A stretch of DNA of 64,000 bases, taken from a virus. Taxonomy: Duplodnaviria > Caudoviricetes. The stretch covers positions 1,919-65,918 of IMG/VR virus record IMGVR_UViG_3300049793_000123; one strand, given 5' to 3'. Positions 33,121 to 42,543 of the stretch are shown here, piece after piece; the stretch's first letter is position 1; the number at the start of each line of letters is the position of its first letter. Made by a program: the position numbers and the translations under genes. A model generated the notes under the pieces. The model was not told where the DNA came from and searched no databases. It saw only the letters and a list, made by a program, of their open reading frames with translations.

Positions 33121-34569
33121 ATGCGAGATTCAATGCCCAGCTTGGACATGCCCAAGCCCCCAACCCCACCCAACCTGACACCGCAGGCTGACCCCGCGCC
33201 TCCACCAGCACCGAAACCCGAGGCCAAGCCTGAGCCACCCGCCAAAAACTCGGGCGTAATGGACGAAGCGCGCGAGAAGCTGCGCAAGGAGGCCATCGCG
33301 ACGATCTTGACGGTGCCAAAGCCAGCGAAACCGGAGTCAAAGAAGGCCCCGGAGGCTGCCGCGCCTGCGCCGGAAACCGCTACCCCGACTCCCGCTGACG
33401 ATACGCCCGCACCGGAGGCCCGAAAGCCGCGCCGCGTGGCCCCCCGGCCGGACATTGATGTCGCCGATATTGCCTCCAAGGCGGCAGCAGGTGCCACCAA
33501 GACTGTCTTGGACTCAATGCGCGCCAAAGACGCTCCTGCGGCACCGCCAGAGGCCAAGAAAGAGGATTTGAGCGGGCTCCCGGAGGATGTGCGCCGCAAG
33601 ATTCCCGTGCTGAAGAAGATGGCTGAGTTGAACCCGGACAAGTACGGCGGCATCGTGGACGAAATCAAGGCGTACACCGCCAAGGAGGAGTCCTACGTCA
33701 GCCAATGGGAGAAGGAGCACCCAGGCCAGGAATTTGACGCCGAGGACGAGGCGCATGACTCGTGGTATGCCAAAAACAAGCCGGAATACAGCTCAGATGA
33801 CTACGAGGACGCCCGGGTGGAGATCAGGATGGAGCCGAAGCTGAAGAAGTTGGCCGATGAAAACCAGTCCTACCGGCAAAAGATCGAGGCGGCTGAAAAG
33901 CAGGCCCAGTTGAAGCCGATGGTGGAGAGTCTGGCGGCTGATGCGACCAAGCAAATTGCAACGGCTATCAATGCGGAATTCACGAGCCCGGAAAAGCTCC
34001 AGTCGGACCCGCTGGCCCATGACATCGTTCAAAACGTCGCCCGCTCCGCCGCCGACCACATCGGAACGCTGGCCGGGCTGATGACCAGTGCCGTGCAATA
34101 CAACGATGCGGACCCCAAGCACCGCTATCTCTACGATTTTGCCGTGGATTTGGACCAGCGCATCAAATCGCTCCCGGCAGCCGAGACCTCCAACGACGGC
34201 AAGCGGTTCGCCACGCAGGATGAATGGGCTCAGATGAGCGAATCCCAGCGCCGGAGTCACTGGAAGCTTGGCGTTCCAGAAATCGCCTCCGCCTTGACCA
34301 ATCGCTTCGCCTCACAGGCCGCTGAACACCACGCGCAGGAGACAAAAAAGATGGAGGAGATGGTGAAGCGCCTCGGCTACGTCAAAAACGGCGCGCATGT
34401 TCCTGCACCAAAGCAGGCCGCTGCTCCATCTCCAAAACCGGCTGATAACACGCCGTCACCAACGCCTTCCCCGAGCCATGTTCCGGGTGCCGTGTCAACC
34501 AGTGGCGCGCCATCGGTGGCTTCCAATCAGCCTCCGTGGATGAAAGGTATCCTGACTGGAAAGTTCTGA
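33121..34569 (+). CDS. capsid scaffolding-like protein
   Basis: Pro/Ala/Lys-rich disordered ends with a charged helical core; between portal and capsid genes. Confidence 0.6.
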   Translation: MRDSMPSLDMPKPPTPPNLTPQADPAPPPAPKPEAKPEPPAKNSGVMDEAREKLRKEAIATILTVPKPAKPESKKAPEAAAPAPETATPTPADDTPAPEARKPRRVAPRPDIDVADIASKAAAGATKTVLDSMRAKDAPAAPPEAKKEDLSGLPEDVRRKIPVLKKMAELNPDKYGGIVDEIKAYTAKEESYVSQWEKEHPGQEFDAEDEAHDSWYAKNKPEYSSDDYEDARVEIRMEPKLKKLADENQSYRQKIEAAEKQAQLKPMVESLAADATKQIATAINAEFTSPEKLQSDPLAHDIVQNVARSAADHIGTLAGLMTSAVQYNDADPKHRYLYDFAVDLDQRIKSLPAAETSNDGKRFATQDEWAQMSESQRRSHWKLGVPEIASALTNRFASQAAEHHAQETKKMEEMVKRLGYVKNGAHVPAPKQAAAPSPKPADNTPSPTPSPSHVPGAVSTSGAPSVASNQPPWMKGILTGKF

Positions 34570-34622
34570 TTTAATAAGGGGTGAACAGGGCTTGGCTCGA
34601 AGCCGGTCCAAATCACAACCTT

Positions 34623-36353
34623 ATGGCAGCTTCAATCAGTCAGAGCATCTTTGAGAAATGCGCTGCGGTGGCCTCGACGGACATCGAGCACTGTGGTGGC
34701 CCCACACTTTGTCAAGTCTCCCCCACCACGGCAGACGAGTTGGCCTCAATCTATCAGGACGATAATGAGCGTTTTCGCGCCCTGTCGCAACTGGTCAACA
34801 TCGACTTCATGGGCGCGGCTTGCCAGCGCAAGCGGCTCGGGATGTATGATTTCCTGCGGGCCACGTCGCGCTTCATTTCGCCGAAGAAAATCCAGCGCAA
34901 CCGCCTGAGCACCGGCTTGATGGAGGCCCAGCCCTTCGTGATGATGGGCTCCAAGCAGCCGCTCAACGAGGAGTATTGGTCGATTTCCAACGGTGTGGCG
35001 GGTGACGGAACCGCCCCAAACGGCGACGCCTACACCCACCTGGTGGACGTGCAGAGTCAGAGCGGGCTCGAAGCCAATGTGAGCTGGTGGCCCGCGAAGC
35101 AGCGCGTGTTCATCGACTCGCGCACCACGGGTGGAACGACCACCCATACCGCGTGGCGCATCGTGGACGCGGCCATTCAGGGCAGCAACGTGCGGCTCTA
35201 TTTGGTGTCTGAGAACGGCAACTCCTTCCTGCCCGCCAGCGCCCTCACCTTCCCTACCACCTACGGCCTGCTCACTCGCGGCACCGCAAACATCGCGGAC
35301 CCCGAAACGTTTTGCTCGCAAGACCCGGCGATCAACACGAACAACAACGTGCCGTTCTGGACGGAGACCAGCCGTTACACGTTGTGCGAGGACCAACTGA
35401 CCATCGACTTCATGGCGGCGGTTATGGAGAACAACCCGTATTACAAGAGGTTTCTCTACGTGCCGCAGGTGGAGTGGAACCGCCAGATCATTGACGGCTA
35501 CCAGAAGCGCACCGCGTGCCAGGCGTTCTTCGGCAAGGCGTTGCCGAATCAGACGCTCAACCTGTGGCCGAACCTGGAGCAGATTACCTTCCCCGAGTCC
35601 GACATCGAGACTGGTTACGAGGGGGTTTGCATCGGGCGCAAAGCCAACGCCATCGGTCTGTTGGAATTGATGGCCGAGTGCGACCGGGTGCGCGACTTGC
35701 AGGGCAACGTGCTGAACCTCCCTGAGTTGTTTGACGACATCTACGAGATGATGCGGATGCGTCAGTCCATTGGCAGCCCGATGGATCGCGTGTTCGAGTT
35801 GTGGATGCCCTCCCGCTTCCGCCCGACCATCTGGGAAGGGTTCCTGCGCTACTTCAAGGATCGCGCCCAAGACATGCTGCGCCTCAACATGGACATCAAT
35901 CCCAAGTTGGAGCAAGCGCCGTTCGGGTTCGCGTTCACTCGGTTCCAACTGGATTACCCGGCGGTGGAAATCCGCTTGGTCACCCACGATGCCTTGGACG
36001 ACTACTCCGACGCCATGCGCCGGGCCGCGCCGGTATCCTCGGGGGCCTCGCCGCTGGAGAACCAATCCAACTTCATCTGGATTTTCGACTGGAGCGTCAC
36101 CTACATGGGGGCGATCAACTCGAACGCCGTCACGAACCGAACAGGCACGCTCGCCGAACAGGCCGCTGTCAACCCGGGACTCATGTGCGTCATGCAGGTG
36201 CCGAGCAAGACCCGCAAGCTGGTTTCGATCACCACGACCAACGTTGTGGAGTGCGCCAAGACCGGCCTGCTGATCTTCGGTATCCCGGATGAGGTGCCCG
36301 AGTTCCGCGCTCGCTCCGGCAACTACTACGATCTGTACGGTTTCGCGTCGTAA
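34623..36353 (+). CDS. major capsid protein (putative, ~576 aa)
   Basis: Position after the scaffold gene, strongly C-ending codon bias, followed by a terminator. Confidence 0.65.
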   Translation: MAASISQSIFEKCAAVASTDIEHCGGPTLCQVSPTTADELASIYQDDNERFRALSQLVNIDFMGAACQRKRLGMYDFLRATSRFISPKKIQRNRLSTGLMEAQPFVMMGSKQPLNEEYWSISNGVAGDGTAPNGDAYTHLVDVQSQSGLEANVSWWPAKQRVFIDSRTTGGTTTHTAWRIVDAAIQGSNVRLYLVSENGNSFLPASALTFPTTYGLLTRGTANIADPETFCSQDPAINTNNNVPFWTETSRYTLCEDQLTIDFMAAVMENNPYYKRFLYVPQVEWNRQIIDGYQKRTACQAFFGKALPNQTLNLWPNLEQITFPESDIETGYEGVCIGRKANAIGLLELMAECDRVRDLQGNVLNLPELFDDIYEMMRMRQSIGSPMDRVFELWMPSRFRPTIWEGFLRYFKDRAQDMLRLNMDINPKLEQAPFGFAFTRFQLDYPAVEIRLVTHDALDDYSDAMRRAAPVSSGASPLENQSNFIWIFDWSVTYMGAINSNAVTNRTGTLAEQAAVNPGLMCVMQVPSKTRKLVSITTTNVVECAKTGLLIFGIPDEVPEFRARSGNYYDLYGFAS

Positions 36354-36379
36354 GGCCCGCGAAGGATCGACAACGCTTT

Positions 36380-36411
36380 GGCGGGGGTGGCTCACGTCAT
36401 CCCCGCCTTTT
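36380..36411 (+). terminator. intrinsic terminator after the capsid gene
   Basis: GGCGGGGGTGG...TCATCCCCGCC followed by TTTT. Confidence 0.65.
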
Positions 36412-36434
36412 CACAACAACCAGCATACCATCAC

Positions 36435-36929
36435 ATGCGCTACTTCAAAAAAGAGATTGTCAGCCGCCCGATCAACGCGAGTTGGGGTGGTCGTATTCAA
36501 TGGCAGGACATCGGCGGGGATGTCGGGGTCTTGCAAACCGATGACGAGCGATTGATCCACGAACTCTCCCAAGCGGCCCAGAATGGTCGCGGCGGGGTGG
36601 TTGAGATCGACGAGGTCACAATGGAGGGCTTAAAAAAAAATCCCCCACAGTCCCGTCGGTCGCGCAGCGAGTCCGTCGCAGGCAGACATTGGGCTCCGCC
36701 CCAGCCAAGCCAAAAACCGGCCGTTGCTGCGGTCGTTAAGGCGGGCGGGATTCCGAACTATCTGCCGCCGAATCCTGGCAGCGACACGCCGTTGGAGATT
36801 CCCAAAGCCAGCGATTTCATCGCACCTCCACGCCCGCCAACGGGTCGTCGTAGTGGTGTGATCGCGAAGTCTGGCACGGTTCCGGCCATCGTTGAGCCGG
36901 TTAGCATGGTGTCAGCCAAAGTTGCCTGA
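36435..36929 (+). CDS. hypothetical protein with an A9 run in the middle
   Basis: Globular N-half and Pro-rich C-half separated by TTA AAA AAA AAT. Confidence 0.6.
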   Translation: MRYFKKEIVSRPINASWGGRIQWQDIGGDVGVLQTDDERLIHELSQAAQNGRGGVVEIDEVTMEGLKKNPPQSRRSRSESVAGRHWAPPQPSQKPAVAAVVKAGGIPNYLPPNPGSDTPLEIPKASDFIAPPRPPTGRRSGVIAKSGTVPAIVEPVSMVSAKVA

Positions 36930-37741
36930 TGACATTCGCAGCATTCAGCGCGCTGGTCCGAAGGCGATGCTTCCCGGAAGGCGAGGCTGAAGAACTGGTT
37001 GACCGTCACGAGGACACGATCAAGAACGGGTTGATCGACCTGCAATACCGGGTCAAGCGCCTTCAGGTGAACCATACCACCGTGACGGCTGGCGAGGACA
37101 CATTCTTCCATTGCGGAGCCACGCGGATCGACGCGCCGGACGGTAACATCTTGCAGAAGGGTGTTTGGGTGTATCCCAACGACGAGCCCTGCAAACGGGT
37201 GGATTATTATCCCATCACCTGGCCGGAGATGGACTGCAAGATCGACGTTGCCAATGCTCAGTGCTGGTGCGGCACCTACAACGCGCCCTACTCGGAATAC
37301 GATGTGGGTGACTACACCTACTACTATCCGGTCGGGCCTGAGCTTGGCGACGAGTACATGAACGCTGGGGCCAACAAGCCAGCGCGCGCACGCCAAGGGT
37401 TCGTGGCTTTGAACCGTGGATCGCTCTACCTGTTCCCGAGCGTCCAGACGACCGAGAACGTGGTGATCCTTTGGGACGGCATCAAGAAGGATTGGGCTGA
37501 CGCTGACACATCGGAAATTCTGGACTTCTTGGATGTGCGCGAGGCGATTGAGAATTACCTCACAGGCAACGCGACCATGGATGACGATGATGATCCGAAG
37601 CGGGCCGAGGTTTATTTCAGCGACAACTGGCCGAACGCCGGTCGTTACCAGAAGAACGCGCGCGACATGATTGTGCGTTGCCGCGAGAAGCAGCAGTTAC
37701 CCCAACCAACGCGGTATTGCTTTTTGTGCAGAACACTTTGA
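36929..37741 (+). CDS. head-tail adaptor-like protein (putative)
   Basis: MTF..F...VR N-terminus and LYLFP motif; position. Confidence 0.5.
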   Translation: MTFAAFSALVRRRCFPEGEAEELVDRHEDTIKNGLIDLQYRVKRLQVNHTTVTAGEDTFFHCGATRIDAPDGNILQKGVWVYPNDEPCKRVDYYPITWPEMDCKIDVANAQCWCGTYNAPYSEYDVGDYTYYYPVGPELGDEYMNAGANKPARARQGFVALNRGSLYLFPSVQTTENVVILWDGIKKDWADADTSEILDFLDVREAIENYLTGNATMDDDDDPKRAEVYFSDNWPNAGRYQKNARDMIVRCREKQQLPQPTRYCFLCRTL

Positions 37742-37827
37742 CCGGTGCCCGTGGATGCGTGGGCTGGAGACGTGATGGACTCCGGTTTTTGGGGTTATCC
37801 CGGGTGCCGGTCTTTACTTGAACGAAT

Positions 37828-38460
37828 ATGGCAACTCCCTCTCCGATAACAGCAGTCGATTTTCAGCCAGTGAATTTCGAGGGGGACATTTGTGCCCAAC
37901 TCAGGTCGCTGCTCCAGACCAATGACAAGCTGAATCTGTTTTTTTCGTGGATGCTGAATGCTGACGGAACAATCAGCAACACCTTCAAGCAACAGTTCAC
38001 GTCGCTGTTCTTGCCGGTTGGGTCCATCATTTGGATGCCGGTTAACTTGGTTCCAGACGGATATTTGGTGGCAAATGGGCAAGAAGTTTCAAAAACCACC
38101 TACGCCAATCTGTTCTCGATTTATGCGACCAACTTCGGGGTGGCTTCAAACCCCACGGACAACTTCAAACTGCCGGACATGCAAGGGCGCTTCCCGATTG
38201 GTCAAGGCGGCTCCTATCCGTTTTACACACCAGGCGGGGAGGCAACCCATATCCTGACCATTGGCGAGATGCCTTCACACACCCACACTGCATCCCCGTC
38301 TTTCAGGACTCTCCAAGGATTCGACCCGACTCTCGCGGGAGCGAGGGACTTGGGCGCGGGCAATGACACTGGCGACATGACCATCGACAACACTGGTGGT
38401 GGATTGGCCCACAATAACGTGCCGCCATACCTTGCTGGTTACTGGCTGGTGAAATTCTAA
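37828..38460 (+). CDS. phage tail collar domain protein
   Basis: PVGSII.W....P.GYL.ANGQ.VS...YA.LF, FKLPDMQGRFP, GGEATH.LT..EMPSHTH, HNNVPPY. Confidence 0.9.
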   Translation: MATPSPITAVDFQPVNFEGDICAQLRSLLQTNDKLNLFFSWMLNADGTISNTFKQQFTSLFLPVGSIIWMPVNLVPDGYLVANGQEVSKTTYANLFSIYATNFGVASNPTDNFKLPDMQGRFPIGQGGSYPFYTPGGEATHILTIGEMPSHTHTASPSFRTLQGFDPTLAGARDLGAGNDTGDMTIDNTGGGLAHNNVPPYLAGYWLVKF

Positions 38461-40955
38461 TGGCACTGCGCGACTTCAACCTTGCACCGCTCAACGGCCC
38501 GTTCGATGTCAGATCGGCCGATGGCGAGATGTTGCCCAACGCCTTCCGCATCGTCCTCAACATGGACATGGCGAATTTCGGGAAGCGATGCCGTTTGGGT
38601 GGCTGGCGCAAGTTTGGAACCGAAAGCCCATACGGTTTCTTCAATCAAGACCTCCACAGCCAGTTGACGGACTGCCTGAGCTATCAGGACCACATCACCG
38701 AGGAGCAGGTTGACTACTATGGCATTGAGACCGACTACACCTACTGCACCGGACCAGAGCAATTCCGTGACGGCTGCACCGAGTCGATCACGATGCTTCA
38801 GGAGGTGGTCACCATATCCAAGAAGCGAATCCTGTTGGCGGGAACCAAGAGCCGAATCTACGCGCTGAACGAGCGGTTTGGAAACTGGCAGATCGTGGCG
38901 GACGGGCTGGGTGGGCACTATGACGCCGACGACAACTGCGCGTGCAGCTCCATCCGCACTCAAGTCTGCCAGATCGGTAACCTCGTATTTTTCTCGAACA
39001 ACGTTGACCCGGTGCTCTATTGGTCGATTGACGATGGTGGCCCACTGCAAGGTGTGGCGCAGTGCAACCAATGGGTGGCCCAGTATTTGACCGACCTGAC
39101 GGCGCTGGGCATCGTGCGCGTCGGTGTCATCGCTGTCTGGCAGGGGTTCCTGTTCTGCGGCAACGTCATAAAGGAAGGTCAGTTTCAAACGTCTTCGATC
39201 TACTGGAGCGATTTCAACAACCCGTTGAGCTTCATCCCTGGAGGCGAATCGGCGGCGGGATTCATCGACCTTGGACGTGGCGAGCGCATTGTGGCCATGG
39301 CTCCGTTGGGCGGCTACCTCATGGTTTACACCTCACGCGGAACTGAGAAAGTGATTTACCGCGTGTCCCAAGTGGGTGGTGACGAGATTTTCAACTTCAA
39401 CGAGATTTACCGTGGGCCTGACGGCATCGAGTTTCAATACTCGCTGGTGAATTTGGGTGGCGCTCACTGGTGGATCGGTGCGGCAGGAATCTTCGCTCTT
39501 GGCGAATACGACGGCACGCCCCAGCGGCCTCAGTGGGTCCACTTGGCAAGTGGTGTGGTCGATCAAGGAGTTCGTTCCGAATGGCTCTCCGACTTCGATG
39601 GTCTGGATTCGTTCGGCCCGGTGAACAAGTCCAAGTGCGATCTCGTGGTGGGTGGCTACAACTCCTCACGCAAGACACTGTGGTTCTCGTGGCCCACCCA
39701 AAACAGCGAGTGCAACAACATGTCGCTGATCCTCAATTTGGAGTATGGCGGGGCCAGTTTGGTGGACAAGGGGTTCATGTGCTTCACCATGCACCGGCCC
39801 GACTACTCGCCCTCCTTGCGGGATGTCCTGTCCGAGCTTGGAATTTGCACGGTGCCCGAGTTGCTGAACAACAAGGAAGGCATCGCCTATGGCATGGATT
39901 GGAGTTCGGGTGTGGCTCCAACACCCGGAACGCAGACTCAAGTGTGGCAATATGACCGCGCGTCAAGCTGGCCGGGAAGGCCGTGTGCTGACTCACAGAT
40001 CGCCGGGTTTTCAAGCAACTATTACTGGGGGCTTCTCTCCGATCAGAACCCGAACGACTTCCTGACTGGTGGCCAAGTTGGATTCTCGGTGGCGCTTTTC
40101 CTGAACGAGATCGCGCTGGCGAATCCGGGCGTTGTGCTTGGCCCAATCTATTGGGATTGGTTGAACATCACCAACGGGCTTTCGGCGAACATCAAGTGGC
40201 TGTCTGGCATCACCGATCCCGAGAACCCGGACGGCAATGTAAATATCCTGTTCAATGGCGCGGCAATGCTGGCCGTGGAGTTCTGCCCTCCGGGCTCTGG
40301 TGGGGGTGGCACTGCGAACCCGCCGAAATACATCGTCAACGCCACGGAAGACCCAAACCTGCCATCTGATCCAGACTCAGTGTGCGCCCGATTTGAGGGC
40401 CGCTACCTCGATGACTACTGTGCCCGTTGCGAGGGTGATTCGCTGTTCCTCATGTCGGACGCGGATGACCTGACGATCAAGCAGTTCTCCCCGCAAGACT
40501 TCCTGCGTGAGCGTTACGCGGGCACCGAGTTCGCCTACGGCTGCCCCTACAGCGACCCGGGCGAGTATGACAATGGCGGCTACTACTCCATGATGCAGCT
40601 TGGAGCCAACAACTTTGGACCCCAGCAGGAAAAGTTCATCAACAGCCTGCTCATGGTATTCGACCCGGTGGCCCAGACGATTCCGAACCTGCTGCATGTC
40701 CAGATTGGTTCAGGGCAGCAGCCGTCATGCATCACATGGTCGGACACGGAGCCCCAAGAATTCGCGTGCCTGACGAACAAGACAGCAGCCGAGGCGGCGG
40801 CACAGAACACGCGGCCCAGCCGGTATGCCAGCTTCCCGACCTATCGCGCGGGCGCTTGGATCACTTGGCGGTTCTTCCTGAACGGCACTGGTGGTGGAGG
40901 CTGCTTTGACTCCGTGACGAGCAAGCTCCGGCTGAAGCAGGGGAGGTGGGCATGA
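38460..40955 (+). CDS. tail nozzle/stabilisation protein (P22 gp10/T7 gp12-like, putative)
   Basis: Beta-propeller-like composition, IYWSDFNNP motif, size and position. Confidence 0.6.
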   Translation: MALRDFNLAPLNGPFDVRSADGEMLPNAFRIVLNMDMANFGKRCRLGGWRKFGTESPYGFFNQDLHSQLTDCLSYQDHITEEQVDYYGIETDYTYCTGPEQFRDGCTESITMLQEVVTISKKRILLAGTKSRIYALNERFGNWQIVADGLGGHYDADDNCACSSIRTQVCQIGNLVFFSNNVDPVLYWSIDDGGPLQGVAQCNQWVAQYLTDLTALGIVRVGVIAVWQGFLFCGNVIKEGQFQTSSIYWSDFNNPLSFIPGGESAAGFIDLGRGERIVAMAPLGGYLMVYTSRGTEKVIYRVSQVGGDEIFNFNEIYRGPDGIEFQYSLVNLGGAHWWIGAAGIFALGEYDGTPQRPQWVHLASGVVDQGVRSEWLSDFDGLDSFGPVNKSKCDLVVGGYNSSRKTLWFSWPTQNSECNNMSLILNLEYGGASLVDKGFMCFTMHRPDYSPSLRDVLSELGICTVPELLNNKEGIAYGMDWSSGVAPTPGTQTQVWQYDRASSWPGRPCADSQIAGFSSNYYWGLLSDQNPNDFLTGGQVGFSVALFLNEIALANPGVVLGPIYWDWLNITNGLSANIKWLSGITDPENPDGNVNILFNGAAMLAVEFCPPGSGGGGTANPPKYIVNATEDPNLPSDPDSVCARFEGRYLDDYCARCEGDSLFLMSDADDLTIKQFSPQDFLRERYAGTEFAYGCPYSDPGEYDNGGYYSMMQLGANNFGPQQEKFINSLLMVFDPVAQTIPNLLHVQIGSGQQPSCITWSDTEPQEFACLTNKTAAEAAAQNTRPSRYASFPTYRAGAWITWRFFLNGTGGGGCFDSVTSKLRLKQGRWA

Positions 40956-41149
40956 ACGCGAATGTTCAGCGGCTCGCGACCAACAGCAAGTCGGCCAAGA
41001 CTTTGGTGGTGCCGCCAGTGACACCACTTCCCTCCGATGTGTTGAAACGCTTCCCATCGCTGGCTGGATGGCAGGCAGCCGAGGAGCAACGCCGCGCGAA
41101 TTTCCAGACACTCCTTAACGATTCCTTGCTGGCGTTGGCCAAGGAATAG
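40952..41149 (+). CDS. small hypothetical protein
   Basis: GGAGG RBS; ATGA coupling. Confidence 0.55.
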   Translation: MNANVQRLATNSKSAKTLVVPPVTPLPSDVLKRFPSLAGWQAAEEQRRANFQTLLNDSLLALAKE

Positions 41150-41150
41150 C

Positions 41151-41173
41151 TTATTGCAAATGATTTGCATTAA
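41151..41173. promoter_or_regulatory. 7-1-7 palindromic operator-like site
   Basis: TTAT-TGCAAAT-G-ATTTGCA-TTAA in an AT-rich intergenic gap. Confidence 0.5.
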
Positions 41174-41211
41174 CGTAAAAATGACCGGGCTGAATTTGAG
41201 AAAGAGATTTT

Positions 41212-42114
41212 ATGCCTATTGGCGTTGAAAGTGCGGCTGGTGCAATAGCATCTCTATTCACCGACCCGGACAAGATCAACAAGATTTACAAGAACGACGC
41301 GCTCAATGCGGGTGTCAACGAGCAGGCGGCGTTGCTGTCGCAGGCATCCCGCGACAATCAGAAGTCCTTGGCGGATTTCAATGCTGCCATGGGCTATTAC
41401 CAGCCTGCGGTTCGGCAGGCGGCTCTGAGTGACATCGGCGCATTGGGTGGCGTGGTCAGCAACAACCTGAACTACGACCCGCTGGCGACCTACGAGCGGC
41501 TGCGCACGGGCAATCTGAAGGCTTTTGGAGATGTGGCTGGGAGCATCGCTGATCGCGGCGCTCTGGCCGACCGGATGGCACTGGCTGCGCGCGGGTATGG
41601 TGGGCGTGGTGGTGGCTCCTACGAGCAAATCCTGCGCAACGACCGGGTGGCTAAGGGGCTTTCGCCGGTTTTGCAATCAATCTTCGGCGGCCTTGGTTCG
41701 GACACTGGGGCGATCACGTCTGGACGGAACTCCAACTTCGCCCAAATCCTCGCGGCGATCCAAGGGCGTCAGGCGATCCCGCAGCAGGCACTCAACTTTG
41801 AATACTCCCCCATCGCCGCCCGGAACTCGGCGCTGCTTGGTCAAGGCAGTGTGCTGAACTCGTTGGCTGACACCACGAACCGAAACTTTGGTGGGTTCCA
41901 AGTCGAGGAGGACAAGTGGAAGACCTTCGCCAAGGGCTTAGGTGCTGGTGTGGACCAAGCGGCTGATGCCTACCTTAGCATGTACGGCGGAGGCATGATG
42001 AAAGGTGCTGGAGGTGGCGGCGGAGGCGGTGGTGGTGGTGCCTACTCAAACCCGGCGTTCGATAGTTACGTGGGTGGCACTGGCTCTCGATTAAACTCCT
42101 CATTCTCTTACTAA
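41212..42114 (+). CDS. internal virion/ejection-like protein
   Basis: Ala/Gly/Gln-rich and helical, with a Gly-rich C-terminus. Confidence 0.5.
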   Translation: MPIGVESAAGAIASLFTDPDKINKIYKNDALNAGVNEQAALLSQASRDNQKSLADFNAAMGYYQPAVRQAALSDIGALGGVVSNNLNYDPLATYERLRTGNLKAFGDVAGSIADRGALADRMALAARGYGGRGGGSYEQILRNDRVAKGLSPVLQSIFGGLGSDTGAITSGRNSNFAQILAAIQGRQAIPQQALNFEYSPIAARNSALLGQGSVLNSLADTTNRNFGGFQVEEDKWKTFAKGLGAGVDQAADAYLSMYGGGMMKGAGGGGGGGGGGAYSNPAFDSYVGGTGSRLNSSFSY

Positions 42115-42132
42115 TTTCAACACAGAATTGCT

Positions 42133-42537
42133 ATGAACACAGGTCTTACCGCAGGGCTTTACGAGAAGCCAGTTATCGTTTCAGTGACACTGGCAGCGCC
42201 GGGGGTGCAGCGGCTCCCCGATCTCCAAGGTTGTCGCAGGCTCACTTTTTTCCCGCACAAAGCCCCGCGCACCGTGAACGCCGGGCGTGTGTGGATCATG
42301 GCCCGAAACAAGGTTTTCGATCCAGCTACAGGATTGTGGTCTGGTGGTGCCGATCCTGTATCTGGTGGCGCTGGTTTTCCCGTGGACACCTACGACCTGT
42401 TGGGAACCATCCCAGCCTATCCCTACGCGCTTCAATGGCTGTCCCCAGAAAGTGCCAGCCACAACATCAACCTCTCGGATTACTGGCTGGAAACCGAAAT
42501 CGCGGGCGACGGCATTGAAGTCTCAGTCAACTACTGA
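42133..42537 (+). CDS. hypothetical virion-associated protein
   Basis: Beta-rich small ORF in the tail region. Confidence 0.55.
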   Translation: MNTGLTAGLYEKPVIVSVTLAAPGVQRLPDLQGCRRLTFFPHKAPRTVNAGRVWIMARNKVFDPATGLWSGGADPVSGGAGFPVDTYDLLGTIPAYPYALQWLSPESASHNINLSDYWLETEIAGDGIEVSVNY

Positions 42538-42543
42538 CCCACA

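Noticed and set aside
34746-36395. 549-aa antisense ORF over the capsid gene (and similar long antisense ORFs over terL, recT and the giant gene)
   Set aside because: These are shadows of GC-rich codon bias; the translations have unnatural composition and no motifs.
42004-42040. GGN trinucleotide run as a contingency repeat
   Set aside because: Mixed Gly codons encode a poly-Gly linker; it is not a pure microsatellite.
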